Origin: an uncultured Methanosarcinaceae archaeon
GTDB lineage: Archaea; Halobacteriota; Methanosarcinia; Methanosarcinales; Methanosarcinaceae
Length of the DNA: 64,000 nucleotides
Direction of reading: 5' to 3'
Assembly: GCA_963733675.1 (NCBI GenBank)
Contig: CAVTET010000012.1
Location: 32,001 to 96,000 of the forward strand
Shown here: piece by piece, positions 10,566-22,299 of the stretch
Position numbering within the stretch: the stretch's first letter is position 1
Layout of the letters: each line of letters opens with the position of its first letter
Position numbers and translations under genes: made by a program
Notes under the pieces: generated by a model
The model's input: the letters and a program-made list of their open reading frames with translations, nothing else
What the model was told of the DNA's origin: nothing
The model's database searches: none

Positions 10566-11784
10566 ATATACCCTCTACTGACTTTATTATATGTAGTTTT
10601 TTTTTCATTTTAAGCTTTTTGATATATTTTTAAACATATAATGATGAAACATGACTACAAAAACACAAATAAATAATGTTCACTCAGCAAAATAAATTTT
10701 TCGACTAAAAAATTTTATTTATTAAGTAAAATAATTTTTATATTACTTTTGGTTATTAAAACTTTAAAATTTTTAATAATATCCTCAGGAAAATAAAATT
10801 TTAACTTGCAAAAAATCTACCCTTTAGGAAAACGGAGTTACACAGAAAAATTCAACTTAGGATTACTGCAGTAGTCATAATTGCTACTACAATCACTGAA
10901 ACCACGGTGATCACTGTAACCACTGTGATCACTAAAATCACTGCGACTATTGAAATTTCGTTATCTCCATTATCTCTCTAGCAAGATAGTTCACAGTACA
11001 ATTATTTTCGTAAAAGTACTGCATTATTGCGAGAATTTGGCTGGAATTGCGTTTCGTCTATTAAGCTTACAGGCAAAATACAGTATTTCTACAGGAAAAT
11101 TATTGTATTTTGAGGAAGGCTCATGAGGTTTTTTTTATCGGAGTTTTTGTAGCTGTTGTCGTTTATGATCTCAGAAGTATTTCCGTGGATCTTTCCATGA
11201 TGTGGCTTGATCTGGAAAGTACTCATAAAATGACCACATGAATGGAGTAGAATAATCCCATCGTTTAAACTGAGAGTTTTGCCTTTTGAAATGAGACTGT
11301 CGTGCATTAGTAGCTGGTTGATATTTTATCTTTGAGTGTCTTTGCTTAGTTGCATATGTTTTTAAGCTTAACTGTGTACAGAAAATTGAGTGTACATAAA
11401 GTAGAAATGATAGCGAAATGCGAATTTATGAATACTCTGGAAAATATCAACTGATTATTGGTGAGCCCCTCTTCTTTTCGATTTTTCAAAATCAATTTGA
11501 ATTTTTAAGCGATTATTTTCAAGACTGAAATAAATTTTAAAATTCTATATTGACCTAGTCGCTCAGTAAAACAGTGATCTACAAAATCTAAGATCAATTT
11601 CTTGTTTGTATCAGAAATCTGTGCAACGATTAGCTATTCTAGCACTTTTTGAAGGCTGAATTTATATGTATCCACATCTACTGTATCACATTCTTCAATG
11701 AAAAAGTGGGCTTTAAGCAAAAAATAGAAAAAGCCTCGAGCGAGATTATATGTTAATAGTTTAAATTTACACAATTTGTATAAA

Positions 11785-11850
11785 GAAGTGCAAAACCCTT
11801 AGGTCTTTAGCCTATAGCATATCAGCGTCAATTTCCTCGTTTTCTTGTTA
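11785..11850 (+). mobile_element. IS200/IS605 left-end-like hairpin remnant
   Basis: GTGCAAAACCCTTAGGTCTTTAGCCTATAG...GCGTCAA imperfect hairpin; similarity judged from memory of Methanosarcina IS605 ends. Confidence 0.4.
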
Positions 11851-12023
11851 TTGATTTAATTAACTAGTTATACAATAACAGATCTTAGAGACATTTTAGT
11901 ATTTTTGGGGGTTTTGATTAATTGCAGTCAAAAGCTAGTGAAATTAATAGTAAACTTATGCAATACTTAAAAATATTAGAAAGTCTCTTATTTTATCAGC
12001 TTCAAGATAGTTTGGGAATAAAT

Positions 12024-13196
12024 ATGAGAAAAGAGCCGTATCAGTTTCCACAGAATGAATTTTTTTCAAGAGACGACTTTAGAAAAATTAAAAAATTTTC
12101 TTATGGTAAAGAGACACCGTTTTTGATTGTTGATTTGGAGGCGATAAAGAAAAGTTATGATTATTTGATTGAACACATGCCTTTCGCAAAAATTCATTAT
12201 GCTGTAAAGGCAAACCCTATGGATGAAGTTGTTCTTGCCCTGAAAAACAAAGGTTCTAATTTTGATGTAGCAACGGTTTATGAACTTAATCAATTGCTCA
12301 GGCTTGGAGTGGAACCTGAAAGAATGAGTTATGGCAATACGATAAAAAAAGGAAAAGATATAGCCTATGCATATGAAAAAGGGATGAGACTTTTTGTTAG
12401 TGATTCAGAGAGCGATTTAAAAAAGTTAGCTAAAAATGCTCCGGGTTCCAAAATTTTTTTTAGAATACTTACCGAAAGCGACGGCGCTGATTGGCCCCTT
12501 TCAAGGAAATTTGGCGCACATCCTGATATTATATACAAGCTTATTCTAGAAACCGAAAAACGGGGGCTTGAGCCTTACGGACTTTCTTTCCATGTTGGCT
12601 CCCAGCAGAGAGATATTGGTCAATGGGATAATGCCATTTCCAAATGCAAGTATCTCTTTCAAGCAGTAGCTGAAAAAGGTATCCATCTCAAGATGATTAA
12701 CCTTGGAGGAGGTTTTCCTGCAAAATATCAGGCAACGGCAAGTGACCTTGAAACCTATTTCAAAGAAATTCGACGTTTTTTACTAGAGGACTTTGGAGAT
12801 AAGCTCCCTGAGATCATTATTGAACCAGGGCGCTCTATGGTCGCCAACGCAGGTGTAATCGTAAGTGAAGTAGTAATGATTTCCAGGAAAGCCAGATTTA
12901 ACCAGTATAAATGGGTTTATCTCGATATTGGAAAGTTTGGAGGCCTCATCGAAACTCTTGATGAATGCATTAAATACCCTATTTTTTGCGATAAAAAAGG
13001 TTGTGCTGAAGAAGTAATCCTTGCGGGTCCAACATGTGACAGCATGGATATCCTTTACGAACATCATAAGTATTCTTTTCCGGATACGATGAAAGAAGGT
13101 AACAAAGTATATATCTTTACAACCGGCGCATACACTCAAAGCTACAGTTCAGTAAGTTTTAATGGCTTCCCTCCACTCAGGTCTTATCTTATTTAA
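12024..13196 (+). CDS. Ornithine/lysine decarboxylase (fold-type III PLP enzyme)
   Basis: HYAVKAN (PLP Lys), FDVA, SFHVGSQ, NLGGGFP, EPGR, GPTCDSMD, GAYT; likely start MRKEP at 12024. Confidence 0.93.
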   Translation: MRKEPYQFPQNEFFSRDDFRKIKKFSYGKETPFLIVDLEAIKKSYDYLIEHMPFAKIHYAVKANPMDEVVLALKNKGSNFDVATVYELNQLLRLGVEPERMSYGNTIKKGKDIAYAYEKGMRLFVSDSESDLKKLAKNAPGSKIFFRILTESDGADWPLSRKFGAHPDIIYKLILETEKRGLEPYGLSFHVGSQQRDIGQWDNAISKCKYLFQAVAEKGIHLKMINLGGGFPAKYQATASDLETYFKEIRRFLLEDFGDKLPEIIIEPGRSMVANAGVIVSEVVMISRKARFNQYKWVYLDIGKFGGLIETLDECIKYPIFCDKKGCAEEVILAGPTCDSMDILYEHHKYSFPDTMKEGNKVYIFTTGAYTQSYSSVSFNGFPPLRSYLI

Positions 13197-13472
13197 AAGA
13201 TATTAGACCTTAAGCAATTAAGTACAAAATCAGTAGAAATAACCCCTAAACTATCTAAAATGTGAGTTTAACAATAATAGATATAATGCTTGATTTTATC
13301 ATCAAGTGAGTAAGTCCTAAGTACAAAATAAAGATCAACACAACAAGTGCGCTATGCAACAGGTACCAGAGTAAACTATATTTAAATGTGGATATTATGT
13401 TAAGAAACAAGAGCTGAAGAAATAATTATCCAAAACAAATCTACTCATTTACTTACCAAAAACTCTCTTAAT

Positions 13473-14502
13473 CTATTTTTTTCTGCATTAAATTGGTTGA
13501 TACCTTTGCAGTATTCTCGAGCAGCTTAAAAGCAATATCCTGACCTAGCCAGAAAGCCAGCACGCAATCGGATTCGAATACTTTATGCAATCCCCATGAA
13601 TGGAAAAAGCCGGTTCAAGCTTTTTTTATGGCATCTGGAGTCTCGAATTCAGTTATAATTTTTTGCATGTACTTCTTTTGCTTCCAGGCATTAATTCCAT
13701 ATTTTTCATTGATAATACTTATAAGACTGAAACTATCGGTTCTCAGTATTCCGATTTCGACAGAAGTATTTGAATCTTCCAGTACTTTTCTGTCCAGAAG
13801 GTCCAAATAGGAAGGATTTCCAGCATACTCGAATCCGATGACATTGATAGGTGTCTCACATATAAGCTTATATTTCAATGGGGAGTACAGATGAATCTCT
13901 ATGTCTGCTCTCTGTTGCAGAGCATAGGTAGGAGCAGTTGTAAGAGCTGAGATGATGTCCGCGTCAGAAAACTCAATCTTATCAGTTAATCCTAGGCTGA
14001 TTTCATCCAGAGCTATAACTTTAATCTTAAAATTTTTTGCTGTTTAAAATGCCTGTTTAATGAACTTCATAATACTCTGCGCAAGGATATGATACGCGTC
14101 TAAAAAGGCTGTTGTTCCGAATGTCTGAAGGTACAGATCTGTTGGACCTGCAGTACAAACTCTAACTCCAAGAGTCTTGTCGGTCTCTTTTTTGTATTGT
14201 TTTACAACCTCATCAATTATTTCCAGCTCAAAGATCTTTGCATTTTCTTATATTAGCACGTAAGGTTCATAACAATTCTTCTCATCTTTTATGATATCCA
14301 GGAACTGACCTATCATATCTCTAAATTAAGGATATATAGGAACGTGCACTCCCACATCAATTTTTCTCTGAAAAGCCTCCCTTATAATGGGAAAGAGTTT
14401 TTTATCTTCATTTCGATTTTCAGCTGCAGCTTTTCCCCACTCCCTAGTAATACCCTAAGGTGTGGGAAGGCTGCCTTCATCGATAAAAATAATCTCCTGC
14501 AT
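13473..14502 (-). pseudogene. Archaeal core (cobalamin-independent fold) methionine synthase-like pseudogene
   Basis: Stitched translation MQEIIFIDEGSLPTP*G...VPIYP*FRDMIGQFL...VCTAGPTDLY...LDEISLG...IHLYSP...GILRTD...(P)DCVLAFW; several stops and frameshifts. Confidence 0.8.
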
Positions 14503-14506
14503 GCCT

Positions 14507-14552
14507 GGTATATAAAACAGATGACGTTTGGTATATAAAACAGATGACGTTT
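14507..14552. repeat. Perfect 23-bp tandem duplication
   Basis: GGTATATAAAACAGATGACGTTT x2, immediately upstream of the pseudogene start. Confidence 0.95.
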
Positions 14553-14779
14553 TATAGTTATTGCAATTACTCAACGCTAAAGTGTAAATATCCTAAATTT
14601 AGGATATAATAACAATTTATGTAAGGGCATTTTTATTTAAGATTAAGAAATCGAACTAAGAATCAGTAGCAATAAACTTCTTGTTTTCTAAAAGTCTCAA
14701 CTGTTTAAGGCTAATTGAGGTGACAACGTCTATTATCATCGATTTTTACTTTAATCAAGAAGTCCTATGCAGAAAGAAA

Positions 14780-14890
14780 AAGGAAAGAGTTAGCAAAGAA
14801 AACCTGGGAAATTGAAGATTATCATAGAGGATTAAAATCGTTTTGTGGGGTAGAACTCTGCCAGGCCAGGAAAGATAACGTACAGAGAGT
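14780..14890 (+). mobile_element. IS701-family transposase fragment
   Basis: KELAKKTWEIEDYHRGLKSFCGVELCQARKDNVQR matches the WxIExxHRxxKxxCG motif. Confidence 0.75.
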
Positions 14891-15751
14891 ACTCTTCAAT
14901 CAATTGTGTGGTACGAATATACCCCGTTGCTGCAGTGAGGTTCACCATCACAATTTTGATTAGACAGTTAAAATTAGCGAAGTAATGAGACTTTATAGAT
15001 ACCAGTGTGACTCTTAACACAAAATTATATTAAATTTTTATCTCAGAAGAGGTCTCAAATATTAATATTTTTTAGGAGTAGCTGCATGCAAACATATTAG
15101 TTAATTTTTCCTAGACGAACTTTTTGCTATTTGTAATAAATTAATTTCGGTTACCAAGCTTTAGAGTAATATTCTAAGAAATATAGAGCTTAGAAAGATG
15201 AATTTTAAAATTGGACAAAGATTTTCTGGTGCGAATTCTATTCTCAAATTGATCGAATTTTTTTGCAAAAATGTTTTGAAAAACAGGATATATTTTCGAT
15301 GTCATGAGCATATCAAATCTGCTTATTTTTAAGTCTGAGATACCTGTTAATAAGCATTTTTAGCCCTTCATAGTAGGGTACACAAATTTCATGCTGTCTG
15401 GTAGTATGAAATTTTTGGTGATCAGGGGTAAATATTTATATTTTAAAGTCCAAAATTATAAAAATATGTTAGGTTATGAATTTGTTAAACACATACTGTA
15501 TAACTATATTTATCCTTAAGGGCTAGATTTTGATTTTCTATTAATGTGGCTACTTGATATTTAGTAATTGTTTTTTTCATTAATCTTTGAATTTAGTCCT
15601 TATTGACACATGTTTTTAGCTTCTAAATGTAGCAAAAAAATTAATAAGTATAAACTCCAATTAACTATTTGATTTACTACAATAAGGACATTTTAGTTAT
15701 GAGAAAATTTTGAGCCACTTGTAATTTTAAAAAGGCAAAGAGGAAATCCGT

Positions 15752-16867
15752 TTGATAGTCAGAAAAAATATTTCGATTGATCAGTGCTACGTGGATAAAT
15801 TAAAGCCCTTTCTTGAAAAAAATGACGGAAATCTAAGTGCGGCAATAAGGGATGCTATAGAAACTGCCTCTCTGACTTTGGCTGGGAAAACAGGTGAAAA
15901 TGGAGACAACCCTTCAACTAAAGATTTACACTATGCTGAATTTCGAAATAAGTTAATTGAAGAAAAGGAGTTTCTGCTTGTCCATCACACCCTGCTTGAA
16001 TGGCTTATTAAAAAAACGTCGGGACTATTGATGGATGAATCTATTATATACGAACTAATTAATCCTTATAAAGTTAAAAGAATTCCTGATATTGTCAATT
16101 ATCTAAACTCGCTCAATGAGAAAATTGGCTGGAAAATTAAGTTTAATGTGGAATGTGATCAAGATCTTGAGCCTGAAGCTGCAAATCTTACTCTCTCAAA
16201 TGGAAATTCCTGTTTTCGGGAAGTAATGGCTCATAGCCTTGCTCTTTTTATGGCAAAACAGATGAAACTTGATGTCCAAGGATTATTCAGCAAATCCAAC
16301 GTAACAAACGTGTACTTTAAGAGGTTTGAATTCCTTGATCATCAAAAAGTTCCGAAGGGTTTAGAGGACCACTTTGGGCCAATGGAAAGTACTTTCAGGG
16401 AAGTCCAGAAAAGACCAGATTTCTGGAAAAACCTCATCAAAACATACAGGCAGCAGAACTACCAGCGGCTCAGTATAAACAGGAGGATTTTTGAAGCATT
16501 TATCTCCGGAAATATCCCTTCAGTAGCTGAAATGACACGAAATTTTGAATTAGCTGTAGGCAAGCCACCGGCCGCTTTCACTCTTGCCGAGAACATTAAA
16601 ATTTTCAAAGAACTTTACCTTACTGATGGTATCGGAACTGATATTGAAATTTGCACTGAAAAGGGGGGTGAATATGTAAAATTGATCCATGACTATTCAA
16701 ATCGAAAAGTGTGTGAATGTATTAAATTGTATTATCTAAATATTTTTAAGTCAATTGGTCATCCTTTTACAACCACTACCAATCACCACATGATCGTGTT
16801 CGAATTCGTGGAGGGCTTTTGTCCGACCTCTATCTCTGAGTCTGAAATAATTGGTATTGAGTCCTAA
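15752..16867 (+). CDS. Hypothetical protein with N-terminal ribbon-helix-helix-like segment
   Basis: 371-aa ORF with GAGGA SD; RKNISID...GNLSAAIRDAI resembles an RHH motif. Confidence 0.75.
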   Translation: MIVRKNISIDQCYVDKLKPFLEKNDGNLSAAIRDAIETASLTLAGKTGENGDNPSTKDLHYAEFRNKLIEEKEFLLVHHTLLEWLIKKTSGLLMDESIIYELINPYKVKRIPDIVNYLNSLNEKIGWKIKFNVECDQDLEPEAANLTLSNGNSCFREVMAHSLALFMAKQMKLDVQGLFSKSNVTNVYFKRFEFLDHQKVPKGLEDHFGPMESTFREVQKRPDFWKNLIKTYRQQNYQRLSINRRIFEAFISGNIPSVAEMTRNFELAVGKPPAAFTLAENIKIFKELYLTDGIGTDIEICTEKGGEYVKLIHDYSNRKVCECIKLYYLNIFKSIGHPFTTTTNHHMIVFEFVEGFCPTSISESEIIGIES

Positions 16868-16935
16868 ACTGATTGATTTTCTGATCATTCGCATCATATA
16901 AATACATTCATATATGAAGTTTCAGATCCTCTTTC

Positions 16936-17502
16936 ATGAATGATGTGATTTTGCTCTGGGACAGCCCTCTTCTTTTTGAAAAACTGTTTTTGGAATATGG
17001 GCTTAATTGCAGTCGTGTGCTTTCAACATCTCTTGGTACACCTTATCTTCCTGCTTGTAAATTTATAATTTTGCCAACAGGTTTTGCAAATAACCAATAT
17101 ACAAAAACAGGTACATGGCTTGAGCAGGGCAAACAATTCCTTGAAAAATTTGTCACAAAAGGAGGAATACTGCTGGTATTTGGTCCTCTAATCCCAGAAT
17201 ATGGGTACGAATGGCTTCCTTTTTCTCTTAAGTACGTAATGGAAGAAAACTCATGCACTCCTCAGCCTTTGGGTGAAAATTCTGCTCAAAAACTTGTGAA
17301 AAATATAGTGCTTCCTTTGGGATGTGACGGTTATTTTGCAGAAACGGATGCTGATGTGGCACTCAAGGATAACATTGGAAGGCCTATTATGGTCGTAAAA
17401 GAAATCGGTGACGGAATGATTGTTGCAACCACAATACATGAATTGCCTTCAGCTGAGTTTTTTGAGTGCAGGTGTGCATGTACGAAAAAGGGAAAAGCCT
17501 GA
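16936..17502 (+). CDS. Hypothetical protein (class I glutamine amidotransferase-like fold, tentative)
   Basis: 188-aa ORF; IILPTGF...FVTKGGILLVFG...GDGMIVATTIHE. Confidence 0.7.
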   Translation: MNDVILLWDSPLLFEKLFLEYGLNCSRVLSTSLGTPYLPACKFIILPTGFANNQYTKTGTWLEQGKQFLEKFVTKGGILLVFGPLIPEYGYEWLPFSLKYVMEENSCTPQPLGENSAQKLVKNIVLPLGCDGYFAETDADVALKDNIGRPIMVVKEIGDGMIVATTIHELPSAEFFECRCACTKKGKA

Positions 17503-17532
17503 AAACAGAAAGATTCATTTTTTATAAAATAA

Positions 17533-18385
17533 GGTTCCGTTGCAAAAACTTCAGAATAAGCATTAAATCTATGAGTATAAAAAAGTCAACCGATCCGAGA
17601 GAAATATGCCAACATTATAAAATAATACCAAACAACTGATCAATATATTTGACTTCATTAAAAACAGAGTAATTTAGATTATTGACTTGTCTTTTTTTAA
17701 CCATATTCATAGCTTCAATTCCTTTTAAAGTCTTACTAGCATAGTAAAAAAACTGAAAACCTAGCATTGGAACAATTATCCGCTTTATAGATCGATGATC
17801 TTGTTAAAATAATGTTATTCAAATACCTGGTTTGTCTAATTTCAATATTTTTAAACAAGTTCTTCTCATTTTCCAGTTCATCTATAGCAGATGGATAAGC
17901 TGGATTCTTATCAACGGTTATTACTCATGGAATTTGGTTGTGATTAGAACTCAAAGCTTTCTTAAAGAATTCTTTGCTGCTTTTCTATCTCGTTTTGAGC
18001 TTAACATGAAATCAATTGTGTCTCCATCTGAGTCAACTGCTCGGTAAAGATATTTCCATTTACCTTTTACTTTGATATAGGTTTCATCAACTCTCCATGA
18101 ACCATTTGTTGGTCTTAAATGCCTTCTTACCCTCTTTTCTATCTCAGGTGAATATTGATGTACACATCTCATGATTGTTATATGGTCGACTTTTATTCCT
18201 CTTTCTGCCATCATTTCCTTTAAATTTCTATAGTTCAATGGATATATTAAGTACCATCTTACTGTTTGCAGAATGATTTCGCCTACAAAGTGTTTCCATT
18301 TAAAGGTGTTTAATGGCATATTATATACTCTTAAATTTATATTTATTTCATAGTATCGATCTCATATTTTTTTTGCAACGGAACC
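17533..18385 (-). mobile_element. IS6-family insertion sequence, frameshifted transposase
   Basis: Perfect TIRs GGTTCCGTTGCAAAAA; ORF 18319-17951 contains SWRVDETY, followed by frameshift, deletion and stop. Confidence 0.93.
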
Positions 18386-18889
18386 AACATCTATCTCGGT
18401 TCTGAATTTTAGTTTTATCGTATGTAACTGGTTACGATTTGGTTACAGTCGCTGATTAAAAATTAATATCAAAGTTAAAGTCAAAATCAGTATAATTTTT
18501 TTTAGTCAGTCTCCATTTTTGGAAAAATAATAAAATTTTATCCAGATTTAATAGATGAGTTACATATTTCAGAACAGTTTACCCACTTATATCTATTTTT
18601 TATATAAATTTACGATTTTAGCCAGAATTATTGATAGTTATCATCTTGAAGTTACCCATACTTGGATTTTGCCCTCATCTTGTTAAAAAAAAATATTCTT
18701 TTCTGATCGCATATTCCCAAAAATAAATCTATAAATGATACCTAGGGTATCATTAAGAAATAAACGAATCCAAGAACGAAAAAGTGCTGTGGAAAAAGAT
18801 GTAATAAATAATAGAATATATTTGAACCAGAACAACAGGAAAAGGTGAGTGGAAAAAAGTTAAAAAAGAAGTAATTATTTCAATTAAGT

Positions 18890-19246
18890 ATTGAATTTAG
18901 TTATTCTGTTTAGATAAAACTCCTTTTTTTGTACCAAGCATATGAATCCTGCGAGTTAATTTCAATTACTTTGTTATAGGCTTTCATTGCTTCATCACAT
19001 TTAGTTAAAGCAGCCCCTTTCTTGCTCCAAGCCTTTATTGTACCAAGCACATGAATCATGTGGTTTAATTTGGATTGCTTTGTCACAGGCTGTTATTGTA
19101 TCATCAAACTTGCTTAATTTTGCTATATTGACTCCTTTACTGATCCAAGTACCTGAATCTTGCGTAGCGCCTGCAATACTTACCAGCACTAAAGCTATAG
19201 TTATTGAAACTAAGGCTATCGAGCATAACTTTTGCTTATTGATCAT
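18890..19246 (-). pseudogene. Secreted TPR protein, frameshifted/truncated
   Basis: Signal peptide ...LVSIAGA; ACDKAIQIKPHDSCAWYNKG; the next TPR (AYNKVIEINSQDSYAWYKKG) is in another frame. Confidence 0.75.
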
Positions 19247-19514
19247 TTATTCCCCCAGTCCTTCACTAAGTAAATGTGGATAAATAGTATAAAATATAAC
19301 TATTAATACACTAATGAGATTATTAACTGAAATACTTAATAATTAATAATTCATAACGACTATAAAAACGTATTTGACAATACAAAAGTAAATGTTAAAT
19401 TTAAAATAGTATCTGTAGGAAACCAATTATTTAATGCAGTTGTTTTAATAAAATCTACTTATTAATTACTAAATTTTATTAAAAATAACCTACAATTTGG
19501 ACTGAAATTGAGAA

Positions 19515-19667
19515 AATGTATAGATTTTGTCACAAAAAAACTCTGCATTTAGGAAATCCGGAGATTTTTAAGATAAAAATTATGCATAAAAAATAAAAAA
19601 TTATGTTTTCATGATAATGATAAAGGATAAAAAGGCAATTGGAATTTACAGAACTTTCGATACACTG
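19515..19667. mobile_element. MITE-like element, family 2
   Basis: Left palindrome ATGTATAGATTTTGTCACAAAAAAACTCTGCAT and right end AATTTACAGAACTTTCGATACACTG; same layout at 21818-21942. Confidence 0.6.
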
Positions 19668-20589
19668 TTATTCGATTAATTAGTTTATAAGTTATCTTTC
19701 TAAATGAAGCTCTAAAGTACTGCCCGCATATTATTTAGTTCTCATTGTTCCCACCATTTTCCCCTCCGCTTCCTAAAATGCCCAAAATATTTACTATTTT
19801 CATGTTCCTTACATCTTTATGTTGACCGCTTGAGAATATAATCTCTTTGGGGAGACTAGACTATTCAATGAAATAACAATATTCAAATTGTTTCATTTTG
19901 TTTACTCCACTCTATTTTTGAATATCTTTACTTCAAGCTAATTTCATATTGGTTGGTTATGAAGCATGTGCAATTTTCTATAAAATTTATTTCCCATCCC
20001 TTAGTCTTTTTTTCTTACCACTGTTCTATAATTATTATACTTATGTACTGTAATCTATTTCCATTTATATCGATGGGTATTGTCGATGTTTTTAATAAAT
20101 TATGATTCTATAATTTATCGGAATATACAAATTTCAACCGATTACTTACCCATTAAATACAAAAAAAAGTATTAGAAACCCATAGATAAAAAGTAGTATA
20201 CTGAAAGGTCTGTAAAAATGATTTTTCGCCATCCATTTCTTTCATTACAAAAAAGGATTTCTTGGTTTCCACTGATGCATAGTTTTATATAAAATAGACT
20301 ATATTTAATTAACGAATTAACATTCAAAGATTGATCAAGAAGAACAGAAGGTTAAATATTAAGTTACTTCTTAAAAATTTAAATATAAAAAAGCCCTAGT
20401 GGAAGTTCTGGTAACTATACAGCTTAAAGGCCAGTTCAGTATACACGGCAGGCCAGGAGTAGGGTAATGGCCCTAGCAGGGTAAATGATCCTAGTAGGGT
20501 AAAAAAGGCAACAGCTTAAAGGCCAGTAAAGTACTCAAGGTAGGTCAGTAAGTTGTCAATGATTCCTCACCATTGAGGTATTGTTACAC

Positions 20590-21208
20590 TTATGGTTTTT
20601 TAAAAAGATTCGGATACTTTTCTTTTAATGGTATGAGAAGTTTATCATCTAAACTTGCATTATAAAGTGTTTTCACTTCAGACAACTGATTAATTGTTAG
20701 ATTTTTTGCTTCAATTAGGTCAATGTTTACTAGGTACGCATTCGCAAGTTTAGTATATTGAAGATTAGCTCCTGAAAATTTAGCATCTTCAAGATTAGCT
20801 TCAGAAAGATAAGCTGCTTGAAGGTTAGCCCCTCCGAAAATTGCCCCTTGAAGATGAGCTTGAAGGTTAGCCCATCTGAGGTCAGCCATCAAAAAGTTAG
20901 CTTTTTGAAGGGGTTAATCCCTACTAAAATTGCCTGTTTAAGGGTAGAGACTCTAAAGTTGGCTCCTGACAGATGAGCGCCTCGAAGGTTAGTCTGTTCC
21001 ATCTTAGCGCCTTCAAAGATAACTCCGGTACCATAAACATATTCCAAGTCAGCAGAACCGAGATCACGTCCAAGAAATTACATCCGGTTAAGTTACATCC
21101 AATTCAATCAACCCCTCTAAGGTTAGCATTATGATAGTCCTGATCCACTACAAGAGCCTCATTTTCGTCACCCCCGGAGCCATGTACTTTTAAGTTATTA
21201 TCCAACCT
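20590..21208 (-). pseudogene. Pentapeptide-repeat protein pseudogene
   Basis: A(N/D)LxxA repeats (ADLRWANLQAHLQGAIFGGANLQ); upstream repeats (HNANLRG, TNLRGAHLSGANF) are separated by stops and frameshifts. Confidence 0.85.
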
Positions 21209-21625
21209 ATTCAACTCCTTTAAAATTAGCTCCGCGATAATCGGTTCTTTTTTGAGCATTCATTTACAATTAATAGTTTTTGAACTAACAAAGACATTAC
21301 TATGCTAGTAAAACATCTTGTGCTATTAGTTTTTGAGTTTTTAAAATAGGGTAAACGAAAGAGCTTCCCCGGGGACAGTAAACAATTTATCTCAAAGACC
21401 CCGAAACCCGCAAAAAGAGAGTACTGAATGTGTTTATATAGATACATATTTAAAATAATTAATACTTTTGGCAGCTCAAAAATCGTTCAGTTCCCTTAAA
21501 ACTCAACCAAAAATCCCCTGACTTTTTACATCCGGCTTTTTTGAGTACTATCCTCAGTGGATTACATAGAACCTTAATTTCAACTCATATCAGATATATA
21601 AAACTGGATATATATTATGAAATAC

Positions 21626-21775
21626 GTTTCCGTTGCAAAAATAATATTTCTGCAATTTGACACTATAATTTTCACCTTTATGTGTCATTTTCTCCAGAAT
21701 TAAAATGATTAACTTCCCGAATTGTGATGTTTTTTAATGTTTTTGTGAAAAAGCCAGATTTTTTGCAACGGAACC
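21626..21775. mobile_element. 150-bp non-autonomous MITE with IS6 TIRs
   Basis: GTTTCCGTTGCAAAA ... TTTTGCAACGGAACC with no coding capacity. Confidence 0.85.
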
Positions 21776-21817
21776 AGCAAAAATAGCTACATTTTATCCG
21801 TGGCGGGTATGTAATAA

Positions 21818-21942
21818 TATTGATGCATAGTTTTTGTCACAAAAACTATGCATCAATAAAACCGAAAAATCCTATTTTTGTGATAAAGAAAAGTATGTTG
21901 AGTCGATTAGAAGCTTAGAATTTACAGAACCTTTGTACACTG
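21818..21942. mobile_element. MITE-like element, family 2, with a perfect palindrome of 20-bp arms
   Basis: TATTGATGCATAGTTTTTGT-C-ACAAAAACTATGCATCAATA; right end AATTTACAGAACCTTTGTACACTG. Confidence 0.65.
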
Positions 21943-22299
21943 TAGTACAAGATAGGACAATGTAAAAATGTTTTTAAGCACAAAGTTTGAATAAGAATGC
22001 GATTTCATAAATGACGATAACCAGTTACATACGGTCAAACAGAAGTTAATAACTCATAGATATATTGAATAGGTATATTTTGCTTGCTGTCTTGCAAAGT
22101 CATAGATTAAATATATGTTTATTATTTTACTGAAGAAATATTATTTAATTTTCAAGTAATAATAAACAATAGCTGCAAACAATAAAGATTTTTATGGTAG
22201 CTTCATTCAAACTAATTGGTCTGATGAGTAGATTCATAAACCTTCATCATCAAATTTTTCTTAATTAATAATCCATCAGAAATTTTGACTCATATATAA

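Noticed and set aside
20415-20575. Possible mini-CRISPR array (also considered for the iteron arrays)
   Set aside because: Repeats are too short or too few, there are no regular unique spacers and no cas genes
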